Shown piece by piece: positions 45,894 to 54,340 of a stretch of DNA of 64,000 nucleotides (its first letter is position 1; every line of letters begins with the position of its first letter). This stretch comes from an uncultured Gammaproteobacteria bacterium (GTDB taxonomy: Bacteria > Patescibacteriota > Patescibacteriia > Patescibacteriales > UBA12465). Position numbers and translations under genes: made by a program. The notes below the pieces were generated by a model, which saw only the letters and a program-made list of their open reading frames with translations, did not search any database and was not told where the DNA came from. The stretch covers positions 337,997 through 401,996 of the forward strand of contig CAYYDR010000001.1 in assembly GCA_964470695.1 (NCBI GenBank), read 5' to 3'.

Positions 45894-47921
45894 ATGGCAG
45901 AAATAAAAAAAATCAAGCGGGTGCTACGGGTGGGGCGAGCTGAAGATTCCAGTTTGTCATCTTTTGTGGAGCGTCCCGTGCCGACGGAAAAAGAAGTAGC
46001 CACTTTTGAGCGCGTGGTTGGCCGAGAAGTGCATGAACAGGAAATAGATTCTAATCTTTCCGAGATATATAGCGATAAACATGGCAAAAAAGTTGATGTC
46101 GGCCGAGTTGAAGCTAAAAAGAAACCCTTTTTTCTGGTTCGTTTGTTTCGCCGCTTGCTAGCTTTGATTTTAGTCGGTTTAGTTGCTTACGGTTTATATT
46201 TTTATTTTTTTGAAAGTAATAATGATGTTAGTGGTTTAGATTTTAGCCTAACTGCTCCCGAGAAGATTATGGCCGGTGAAGAATTTTCTTACCAAATCAG
46301 TTATCATAACCCGACTAAATTTCCTTTGAGTCATTTGCGCTTAGAATTGCAGTATCCTGAGAATTTTGTTTTTAGTTCGGCCACTCTTGCGCCTACTAGC
46401 GGTAACTATGGCTGGGATTTATCTAATTTAGCGCCAGGCGAGAATGCTAGCATTACGGTAGTTGGACGTTTAATCGGCCAGCCGGACTCGGTTAATGTTA
46501 TTATGGGGCACTTGAGTTATTTACCAGGAAGCTTCACCAGTGAGTTTAAAAAAGAAGCCTCTGCCTCCACATTAATCAGCGGTTCTGGCTTTAGAATTGA
46601 TTTGAGCTATTCGGGCACAGCTTTTCTTAATCAGGATAATGACATGTATTTAGTTCTGTCCGATATCCAAAATAATTATTTAGGGGATTTTAATATTACT
46701 TTCACTTTGCCGAATGAAGCGAACGCGGCGGTGGTCATCTCTGGTGATGGGAAAACAGCTACTAGCAGCCAGCCAGCCGCTACTAGCAGCCCGGTAGCAA
46801 CGGCTACTAGCAGTAGAAATATTATTGTTACTAAGACTGGTGGCAATGTCTGGCAGGTGACTGGACTAAACCCCGCACTCGGAAGACAAGAAATACCTAT
46901 GACTTATAAAATAAAACAGAAATCGGATAATTTAGAAATAAAAGTGCGCTTAGAGAAGAAAATGGAGAACGGCGAATCTTATATTTTCTGGGAAAAAGCT
47001 TTCCGACCCGAGCTAGTTAACAGTGATTTAAATTTAACCCTACTACTTAATGGCTCTAAGAATGATGGGGCAGTTGATTTTGGTCAGCCTCTCAATTATT
47101 CCTTAACTTATTCTAATCGCGGTATTAATACCTACAAAGATGTCGTAATTATGGCCGCCCTATCTAGTGATTTTTTGGACTGGGGATCTTTGAAGGATGA
47201 GAATAAAGGAGATGTCCAAAGCGGCACTATAATTTGGACCAAGAATGAGATACCGGCTTTAGCGGAAATAAAACCGGGGACAGAGGGAAATATTGATTTT
47301 TCCATTAAGCTACGCGGCTATAAAGAAAGCGATTTAGGCAAAAGCATGTCTGTTTTATCTTATGGCCAGTATGGGATAAATAATAAACCAACTAAAGGAG
47401 AGGAGAATAAGAGCAATACCATCACTAGTAAGATAAATAGTGATTTGTCCTTATCAGAGCAGATTCGTTATTTTAATGATGATAATTTGCCAGTGGGCTC
47501 TGGGCCTTTGCCGCCGCGCGTTGGCGAAACGACTAGCGTTAAAGTCTATTGGACAGTTAAAAATAATTTACATGAGCTGACTGACACTAGAGTAGTTTTT
47601 GCTTTACCAAGTTATGTCACCTGGAATAAAGGCAATACTACTAATGTTGGAACTTTATATTACGATGAGACTAGTCGCCAGGTGATTTGGGAAATAGGCC
47701 GATTGCCTCTATCTGTTTATCGGGTTGATTCTGAATTTAGCCTTAGCCTTACTCCGTCGGAAACAGATCGCAATAAGATATTAGTTTTATCGCCTGGTTC
47801 GGTCGTCAGCGCTACTGATACAGAAACAAAAAATACGATTACTAAAAAAATAGGATCAAAAACCACGAGACTAGAAGATGATGATATCGCCGGCTTAAAT
47901 AATTCCGGTATTGTCCAATAA
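45894..47921 (+). CDS. membrane-anchored extracellular protein with CARDB/DUF11-like beta-sandwich repeats
   Basis: TM helix, then AGEEFSYQISYHNPTKF.L..L.L...P..F.F and GQPLNYSLTYSNRG.....V.I patterns. ATG 45894 is preferred. Confidence 0.6.
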   Translation: MAEIKKIKRVLRVGRAEDSSLSSFVERPVPTEKEVATFERVVGREVHEQEIDSNLSEIYSDKHGKKVDVGRVEAKKKPFFLVRLFRRLLALILVGLVAYGLYFYFFESNNDVSGLDFSLTAPEKIMAGEEFSYQISYHNPTKFPLSHLRLELQYPENFVFSSATLAPTSGNYGWDLSNLAPGENASITVVGRLIGQPDSVNVIMGHLSYLPGSFTSEFKKEASASTLISGSGFRIDLSYSGTAFLNQDNDMYLVLSDIQNNYLGDFNITFTLPNEANAAVVISGDGKTATSSQPAATSSPVATATSSRNIIVTKTGGNVWQVTGLNPALGRQEIPMTYKIKQKSDNLEIKVRLEKKMENGESYIFWEKAFRPELVNSDLNLTLLLNGSKNDGAVDFGQPLNYSLTYSNRGINTYKDVVIMAALSSDFLDWGSLKDENKGDVQSGTIIWTKNEIPALAEIKPGTEGNIDFSIKLRGYKESDLGKSMSVLSYGQYGINNKPTKGEENKSNTITSKINSDLSLSEQIRYFNDDNLPVGSGPLPPRVGETTSVKVYWTVKNNLHELTDTRVVFALPSYVTWNKGNTTNVGTLYYDETSRQVIWEIGRLPLSVYRVDSEFSLSLTPSETDRNKILVLSPGSVVSATDTETKNTITKKIGSKTTRLEDDDIAGLNNSGIVQ

Positions 47922-47965
47922 ATTGTTTCGGGTAAATTGAGTAGCTATTTTAGTTGTTAAGATTT

Positions 47966-49075
47966 ATGTTTAAATTATTAAAAACTACCAAGCAGGGAAT
48001 ACGCCAGGGCCGTTTACAAACGGCCCATGGTTTTTTACGGACGCCTTTTTATATGCCCGACGCCACGCGCGGTTTTGTTAAATTAACCGATAATGAAGCG
48101 GTCAAAAGAACTGGGACAGAAGCCATGGTGGTTAACACCTTTCATCTTTATTTGCAGCCGGGACTGGAGATAATAAAAAAAGCCGGCGGTATTCATAAAT
48201 TTATGAATTGGTCCGGCCCCTTATTATCAGATTCCGGCGGTTTTCAGGTTTTTTCTTTAATCCATAAAAATAAACAGTTGGGTAAGATTACTGACGATAA
48301 AGTAATTTTTAAATCCCCTTTGGATGGCTCAACTCATGAATTGACGCCAGAAAAATCTATCCAAATTCAATTCGCTCTCGGCGTTGATATGATGGTTTGT
48401 CTTGATGATTGTCCGCCTAACGAATTCTCCCGTCCGGATTTGGAAAAAGCTGTTGCGAGAACTATCGCCTGGGCCAAGAGATGTAAGATAGAATATGATA
48501 AGCAAATTAAAAAAAGACGTCTAGTTGGCGCTAAACGTCCGCTGCTATTTTCCGTTATCCAAGGTGGCGCGGAAATTGATTTGCGGGAACATTGCGCTAG
48601 AGAGCTCGCTAAAATTGGTTTTGATGGCTATGGGTTCGGGGCGCGACCGGTTGATAAAGAGGGAAATTTTTTAGGCGATGTTTTAAAAAAGACGGCTGAT
48701 TTTATTCCGCGCGATGCTTTGCGTTTTGCGCTTGGCATTGGTACGCCAGAGGATATTGTCCGCTGCGCTAAAATGGGCTGGGATATGTTTGACTGCGTTA
48801 TTCCGACCAGAGAGGGAAGGCACGGAAAATTGTTTTCTTTGGGTTCGGGTTCATTAGGCTCAGGGTTTAAATATAAAACTTTTAATATTAATAACGCTAA
48901 ATTTGCCAAGGACTTCACGGCAATTAATAAATCTAGCCATTTAGTTGAGTTAAAAAATAATTCTCGCGCTTATCTTCATCATCTGTTTCGTCTTAATGAA
49001 CCACTCGGTCATAAATTAGCTAGTTTGAATAATTTAGAATTTTATCAGAGTATAATTCGCGCTCTTTATAAATAA
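47966..49075 (+). CDS. tgt: tRNA-guanine transglycosylase-like protein lacking zinc ligands
   Basis: LSDSGGFQVFSL, GIGTPEDI, FDCVIPTR, SRAYLHHL. The CxCxxC...H zinc site reads S.L..L...N. Confidence 0.8.
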   Translation: MFKLLKTTKQGIRQGRLQTAHGFLRTPFYMPDATRGFVKLTDNEAVKRTGTEAMVVNTFHLYLQPGLEIIKKAGGIHKFMNWSGPLLSDSGGFQVFSLIHKNKQLGKITDDKVIFKSPLDGSTHELTPEKSIQIQFALGVDMMVCLDDCPPNEFSRPDLEKAVARTIAWAKRCKIEYDKQIKKRRLVGAKRPLLFSVIQGGAEIDLREHCARELAKIGFDGYGFGARPVDKEGNFLGDVLKKTADFIPRDALRFALGIGTPEDIVRCAKMGWDMFDCVIPTREGRHGKLFSLGSGSLGSGFKYKTFNINNAKFAKDFTAINKSSHLVELKNNSRAYLHHLFRLNEPLGHKLASLNNLEFYQSIIRALYK

Positions 49076-49091
49076 TCTCGGCCAATAAAAA

Positions 49092-49114
49092 AGACCAAGC
49101 TTGGGGCTTGGTCT
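49092..49114. terminator. terminator hairpin (T-run on the minus strand)
   Basis: AGACCAAGC / GCTTGGTCT stem. The A-run upstream on + gives a U-run for the minus-strand gene. Confidence 0.6.
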
Positions 49115-49191
49115 CCTTGGGGCACTTAGGGGGTGATATGAGGTTTAAATTTTTTTGGAGAGGACTAAATTTTGATGATTAGGGCTCTACT

Positions 49192-49695
49192 TTAAAGAGA
49201 AATATCCAGTTTTCCATCAGTAGAGAAGAGTATTTCAATCATTCCTATGATGGGGATGCCTTCATCAACAATAGTAATTTTTATTAATTGGCCTTCTTTG
49301 GCCTCATTGTAGCCGAGACCAAGTAAGAATGGTCGTCCGCCTATTACTAGTGACTTATCCTCTAGGCCGTATAGAAAATTGTGGGTGTTAGGGATAATCC
49401 ATTGTTCCAACGGAAATGTAGTGCCATCTGCTAATAAGGCAACTTTTTTTCCGTCCTTGATGTCAGAAGAATCGGGCGAACCGCAGATCGGACTATAGGA
49501 ATCAGCTGTTAAATCCAGATATTTCATTGTTTCCAGGTGGCGTTTTCCGGTGCCACAGATTACTTTAGAAATTTCAGCTGAAACTTTAGTCGCCGCCATT
49601 TGTTCTATTTGCATCATACCCTTAACCGTTAGGCCTGGGTTAGGTATATTGGGGTGTTTTTCCCCGTGGGTGATCACATAAATCACTTTTTCCAT
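49192..49695 (-). CDS. histidine-phosphatase-superfamily-like mini-protein (RHG replaced by THG)
   Basis: VITHGEK..PGLTVKGMMQIEQMA..CGTGKRHLETM follows the RHGE / LSxxGxxQA / SxxxRAxxT spacing. 167 aa; the second catalytic His is not evident. Confidence 0.5.
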   Translation of the reverse strand: MEKVIYVITHGEKHPNIPNPGLTVKGMMQIEQMAATKVSAEISKVICGTGKRHLETMKYLDLTADSYSPICGSPDSSDIKDGKKVALLADGTTFPLEQWIIPNTHNFLYGLEDKSLVIGGRPFLLGLGYNEAKEGQLIKITIVDEGIPIIGMIEILFSTDGKLDISL

Positions 49696-49709
49696 TAGAT
49701 GTTCCTTTG

Positions 49710-49724
49710 TTTAATGAACGATTG
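49710..49724 (-). promoter_or_regulatory. conserved 5'-leader motif, copy 1 (sense CAATCGTTCATTAAA)
   Basis: 15/15 identical to 57589-57603. Lies 1 nt upstream of the AAAGGA Shine-Dalgarno. Confidence 0.45.
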
Positions 49725-49768
49725 TCGGTTAATTATCAACTAAACCATTATACCACAATATATATTAT

Positions 49769-51199
49769 ATGTCAAGAGATAAATATTTGATAATGCGTGA
49801 CAGGACCACCCGGCTTAACCCGGTTTATTTGAATGGAGTTAGCGAAAATTCTGCTTTGAGCAAGAAAATTTATGGTCGTAATGTCCGCCAGGTTTTTGCC
49901 TTATTAGAGGAGGGGCGGAATTTGTTTTTTTTCTTTAAAAAAGATTGGGATGAAACAGCGGAGTATATTGCTAAGCGATTTTTGAAAGATCAGTCTTATT
50001 ACCCTCGTATTGCTAGTCATATTAAGACGGCCGAGGAAAGGATGGAAAAATTTATTAAGGCAGCCAAGGTAATAAAATTTTCTGAACTACCTTCAGCGGA
50101 GTTGATAAGCTGGACTAGTCGTTTTTGCCGCGAATGGGTTAATCTTGATGCCGCTAATACTTTGAGCTGGTATGTTGCTGGCGATCGTTTTCTATATTTA
50201 GCTAAAGAAAAGCTCGGCTTAAGCGATGAAGAATTTGACCTGGTCTCTTTGCCGACTCAGCTAACTAGAGCGAGCCAGATGGATATTGAATTAGATGAAC
50301 TGGCAATTAAAGTAAAATCCGGTCGCTCTAAAATTAAATCAGCCGCCCAACTTTTAACTAATAAATATGGCTGGCTGCCCTTTGGTTATGACGGCCCTGA
50401 TTATTGGGATGGGGATTATTTTTTAAAGCAAATTACTGAGAGAATAAAAAACTGCCAAAAAATTTCTCGCGCCCTCGCGGAACAGAAGAAAAATAAAGAT
50501 ATTATAAGCCGTAAGCGCCGAATGATAATGAGGAAGCTAAGTTCAGAAAATAAGCGACTGGTTGAGATTGCCCATCACTTAGCTATTTGGACTGATGATA
50601 GAAAATATTATCACTTTAGATTGCACTATCATTACGCACGGCTGATGCAAGAAATAGCCCAACGTTTCTCTTTGGACTATTGGCATTTGAAATTGTTGTT
50701 TGATTATGAAATGCCTTTATTAATTAAGGATTTTTCTAAAGCTAAAAAAATTATCTCGCAGCGTTTAGCTAAAACTACAATCGCTTCTTTTAAATCGGGT
50801 CAGATTAAAATATTGTCTTCGTCTCAGACCAGTAAAATAGTTAAGTATATTGCTCAGCAGCAAACCGGCAAGATTATTAAGGGGACGGTCGTTAGCCGGG
50901 GTAGCCAAGAAAAATATCGCGGTTCAGTTAGGGTAGTTCTTCAGGCTCGTGATAGTCATAAAGTTAAACCCGGTGAAATACTGGTCGCCACCATGACCAC
51001 TCCTGATTATATTATTGGCATGCAAAAAGCCATTGCTTTCGTAACTGATGAAGGTGGACTAACCTGTCATGCTGCAATTGTCGCCCGAGAAATGAAGAAG
51101 CCTTGTATTGTTGCCTCTCGCTTTGCTACTAAAATGTTAAAAGATGGCGACAGAGTAGAAATTGATATAAAACAGGGAACGGTTAAATTCGTGAAATAA
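49769..51199 (+). CDS. PEP-utilising-enzyme mobile (swivel phospho-His) domain protein with an uncharacterised helical N-terminal region
   Basis: C-terminal GEILVATMTTPDY......AFVTDEGGLTCHAAIVAREMKKPCIV. No ATP-grasp or PEP/pyruvate-binding motif recognised in the first ~370 aa. Confidence 0.7.
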   Translation: MSRDKYLIMRDRTTRLNPVYLNGVSENSALSKKIYGRNVRQVFALLEEGRNLFFFFKKDWDETAEYIAKRFLKDQSYYPRIASHIKTAEERMEKFIKAAKVIKFSELPSAELISWTSRFCREWVNLDAANTLSWYVAGDRFLYLAKEKLGLSDEEFDLVSLPTQLTRASQMDIELDELAIKVKSGRSKIKSAAQLLTNKYGWLPFGYDGPDYWDGDYFLKQITERIKNCQKISRALAEQKKNKDIISRKRRMIMRKLSSENKRLVEIAHHLAIWTDDRKYYHFRLHYHYARLMQEIAQRFSLDYWHLKLLFDYEMPLLIKDFSKAKKIISQRLAKTTIASFKSGQIKILSSSQTSKIVKYIAQQQTGKIIKGTVVSRGSQEKYRGSVRVVLQARDSHKVKPGEILVATMTTPDYIIGMQKAIAFVTDEGGLTCHAAIVAREMKKPCIVASRFATKMLKDGDRVEIDIKQGTVKFVK

Positions 51200-51203
51200 A
51201 AAA

Positions 51204-51227
51204 GAGGTCGCGTGTGTATACGACCTC
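51204..51227. terminator. hairpin between convergent genes
   Basis: GAGGTCG / CGACCTC stem with a 10-nt loop. Confidence 0.5.
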
Positions 51228-51277
51228 CTCTGTTGCTGTGATGCAGTAACAACCGCCTACCAAGCGATTCGTAGAAA

Positions 51278-51733
51278 TTAAAATTGATTGAAGACCGGTT
51301 CCCCAGAGAAAAGAACTACATAGTCTCCAGCTGTTTTGCTTAGCGGCCAGTCATAGCCTTTAGCCGGATCAATGTTTACTTCCAGCAAAACACCATTGTA
51401 GGTTGTTGGAGAAACAAAATTCGGCTCAACAATTAAGAGGCTGTTGTCGTCTAAGCTACCTATTAATTCTTGGATGGCTCTGTAATTTAAATCTGCGCCA
51501 CCGCAGATTTCTGTTATTTGACCTGGCTGAATTTGGAGACCGAGCGCCTCAGCCGTTTCACTATAAGCTTTCCCCTTGCCGATGAAGATTGTCTCGGGTT
51601 TCTGGAGTTTACTCCACTCGTCAGAGATAAAAATTTCGTTGGCTTGATAAAGGCCATTTGGCGAGAGACCACGGTCGCTTAAACCATCATTTTCGGCTGG
51701 TTCGCCGATTGTAACAATAACTATTTTTTTCAT
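51278..51733 (-). CDS. histidine-phosphatase-like mini-protein lacking the nucleophile His (RHG replaced by TIG)
   Basis: VTIGEP...GLSPNGLYQANEI...GKGKAYSETAEAL has the same spacing as the 49192 gene. 151 aa. Confidence 0.45.
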   Translation of the reverse strand: MKKIVIVTIGEPAENDGLSDRGLSPNGLYQANEIFISDEWSKLQKPETIFIGKGKAYSETAEALGLQIQPGQITEICGGADLNYRAIQELIGSLDDNSLLIVEPNFVSPTTYNGVLLEVNIDPAKGYDWPLSKTAGDYVVLFSGEPVFNQF

Positions 51734-51755
51734 TCAGCACCTTCCTTTGGTTTGA

Positions 51756-51763
51756 AATGAACG
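51756..51763 (-). promoter_or_regulatory. conserved 5'-leader motif, degenerate copy (sense core CGTTCATT)
   Basis: 8-nt core shared with the other two copies. CAATC is present 8 nt further upstream, and AAAGGA lies 7 nt downstream. Confidence 0.35.
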
Positions 51764-51861
51764 TTAAAAATGATTGCTTTAATTGAAGTTATTTATGCCG
51801 TTACTTTATAATTAATTTTAATATTTGTCAAATAAGCAACACCTCCAAGACCTTTTTCAAC

Positions 51862-51890
51862 TTGGCAAAATTTAACTTTTCCTTTATAAT
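51862..51890 (+). promoter_or_regulatory. sigma70-type promoter candidate for pyk-eno
   Basis: TTGGCA, 17-nt spacer, TATAAT. Confidence 0.55.
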
Positions 51891-51958
51891 AAGGTTGGCC
51901 ATTTAGGCCGTTTATTTAAGGGGCGTCAATCAAGATGTCTTTATTTTATTAGTTTATT

Positions 51959-52987
51959 ATGAGTACTAAAATTATTGCCACCATTGGCCCAAAAACCGAG
52001 AGTCCTAAAAATCTTTTAGCTATTTTTAAGGCCGGAGTTGATATTGTCAGAGTTAATTTTTCCCATGCCACTTATGACCAGTATAAGGGTATTAAGAAAA
52101 CTATTGATGACTTCAATCGTCATTCCGACCGAAAGGTATCTTTAATGCTTGATCTTCAGGGTCCGCGCATTAGAGTCGGTATTATGCCAGAGGATGGGCT
52201 TAATCTAAAAGAGAAAGAGGTTTACCAATTCGCTTACTCTAAATTACCGTATAAAAATGGCGGTATCATTCCGATCAATAGTCCTGATCTTTATTTGGAT
52301 ATTAAAAAAGATGAGCCTTTATTTTTATGTAATGGGGCGATTGAGCTTTTAGTTAAAGATATAAAGAGAAAAGTTATTACCGCTCAAGTTGTGACTGGCG
52401 GCCTCTTGAGCTCTAAAAAAGGGATTAATGTTCCTTATACTCACATTAAAAAGGGCGGCTTAACCGCCAAAGATATCCAGGATGTTAAGTTTGGTTTAAA
52501 GGCGGGCATGGATTATGTGGCTCTGTCTTTTGTCCAGACGGAAGAGGATGTTATTCGTTTGCGCCGCTTGTTAGGAAAAAATAGTAAAGTTAAAATAATT
52601 TCTAAAATTGAGCGCGCCATTGCTTTAAAAAATATTGATAAAGTTATTAGCGCCTCTGATGTAATAATGGTTGCCCGCGGTGACCTGGGCATTGAAGTAC
52701 CGATTGAAGATTTGCCAATTGTCCAGAAAAATTTAGTTAGGCACGCCCATTGGCATGATAAGCCGGCTATTATTGCTACCCAGGTTATGACCTCTATGAT
52801 TAAGAATCCTCATCCGACCAGAGCGGAAATTTCTGATATTGCTAATGCCGTTTTTGATGGAGCGGATATGGTTATGTTATCTGATGAGACAGCGGTCGGC
52901 GATTACCCAGTTGAAGCTATTAAAACTTTACGCAAGGTTTTAGATAGATCAGAAAAATATATTTATAAGTCCAACGTCATTAACTAG
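51959..52987 (+). CDS. pyk: pyruvate kinase, short form (no C-terminal regulatory domain)
   Basis: KIIATIGP, VRVNFSHA, MVARGDLGIE, SDETA. 342 aa. Confidence 0.88.
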   Translation: MSTKIIATIGPKTESPKNLLAIFKAGVDIVRVNFSHATYDQYKGIKKTIDDFNRHSDRKVSLMLDLQGPRIRVGIMPEDGLNLKEKEVYQFAYSKLPYKNGGIIPINSPDLYLDIKKDEPLFLCNGAIELLVKDIKRKVITAQVVTGGLLSSKKGINVPYTHIKKGGLTAKDIQDVKFGLKAGMDYVALSFVQTEEDVIRLRRLLGKNSKVKIISKIERAIALKNIDKVISASDVIMVARGDLGIEVPIEDLPIVQKNLVRHAHWHDKPAIIATQVMTSMIKNPHPTRAEISDIANAVFDGADMVMLSDETAVGDYPVEAIKTLRKVLDRSEKYIYKSNVIN

Positions 52988-53013
52988 TAATAAAATAATT
53001 AGCAATTAAAATT

Positions 53014-54300
53014 ATGAAAATAAAAGATATTACCGCTTTAGAAATATTGGATTCGCGTGGCAACCCGACTGTTTCGGTTACGGTTACTTTAAATAATGGC
53101 GCGATTGGTACGGCCATGGTTCCTAGCGGCGCCTCCACTGGTAGCTATGAAGCGGTAGAACTTCGCGATAACGATACTAAACGTTACAACGGCTTAGGAG
53201 TCTTGACGGCTATTAAAAATATTAAAGACAAAATAAATCCCGCTTTAATTGGTTTAAATCCAGAAGATCAGGAGGATATTGACGATAGAATGATTAAGTT
53301 AGACGGAACGGAAAATAAAGCTAAGTTAGGCGCTAACGCTATTTTAGCTGTGTCTTTAGCGGTTGCTAAAGCGGCGGCAGCTGGTTTAAAAATGCCGTTA
53401 TATGAGTATTTAGCCAAATTCAATCCAGACTTTAACAAGGAATATATCATGCCGGTTCCGATGATGAATGTTTTAAATGGCGGCAAGCATGCTAATTGGG
53501 CAACTGATATTCAAGAATATATGATACTGCCTATCGGTGCTAAAACTATTGCTGAAGCGGTCAGAACTTGCGCGGAAATTTATCAAACCTTGAAAAAGGT
53601 TTTGAAGAAGCGCGGCTATAATATTACAATTGGCGATGAGGGCGGTTTTGCGCCGGCCGTGGCGAGCAATGAAGAGGCTTTTGTTTTATTATCAGAAGCT
53701 GTATCAGAGGCGGGCTATACTTTAGGCAAAGATATAATTTTTGGTATTGATGCGGCTGCTACGGAATTTTTCAAGGACGGCTCTTATCATCTTCATAAAG
53801 AGAATAAGGTTTTAAGCGGCGCCGAATTAATTAACTTTTATCGCGATTTACAATCTAAGCATCCGATTTATTCTTTTGAAGATATTTTTGCGGAGGATGA
53901 TTGGAATAATTTTCGTGAATTTACGGCTCTTAATGATAATAAGGTCCAAGTGGTCGGCGATGACTTATATGTGACTAATGTTGAACGGTTAGAAAAGGGA
54001 ATTGAGACTAAGGCTAGCAACTCCATTTTAATTAAACTCAATCAAATTGGCACCCTGACCGAAACTATTAAGACTATTCTGCTCGCTAAAAGAAATGGCT
54101 TAACCTCAGTTATTTCCCATCGTAGTGGTGAAACTGAAGATACTTTTATTGCTGATTTAGTTGTTGCTATGGGCACGGGACAGATTAAGACCGGCGCGCC
54201 CGCTCGCTCGGAAAGAACCGCTAAATATAATCGCTTGATAGCTATTGAAGCGGAGCTAGGCGATAAGTCTAGTTACGCTGGTTTTCCCTTTATTAAATAA
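53014..54300 (+). CDS. eno: enolase
   Basis: ILDSRGNPT, SGASTG..EA.ELRD, VGDDL, IKLNQIGT.TET, SHRSGETED. Confidence 0.95.
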   Translation: MKIKDITALEILDSRGNPTVSVTVTLNNGAIGTAMVPSGASTGSYEAVELRDNDTKRYNGLGVLTAIKNIKDKINPALIGLNPEDQEDIDDRMIKLDGTENKAKLGANAILAVSLAVAKAAAAGLKMPLYEYLAKFNPDFNKEYIMPVPMMNVLNGGKHANWATDIQEYMILPIGAKTIAEAVRTCAEIYQTLKKVLKKRGYNITIGDEGGFAPAVASNEEAFVLLSEAVSEAGYTLGKDIIFGIDAAATEFFKDGSYHLHKENKVLSGAELINFYRDLQSKHPIYSFEDIFAEDDWNNFREFTALNDNKVQVVGDDLYVTNVERLEKGIETKASNSILIKLNQIGTLTETIKTILLAKRNGLTSVISHRSGETEDTFIADLVVAMGTGQIKTGAPARSERTAKYNRLIAIEAELGDKSSYAGFPFIK

Positions 54301-54340
54301 TCTTGGCCAGTCTCTGGCTTATAGATAACAGATAGTTGAT

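Noticed and set aside
49710-49724. Leader motif as a CcpA cre site or other known palindromic operator.
   Set aside because: TGAACGATTG is not palindromic around the central CG and does not fit WTGNAANCGNWNNCW without indels. No known riboswitch or T-box features were recognised.
51897-51958. pyk 5' leader (including the GGCCATTTAGGCC mini-palindrome) as a riboswitch.
   Set aside because: It is only about 60 nt with a 4-bp stem and has no similarity to riboswitch cores that I know.
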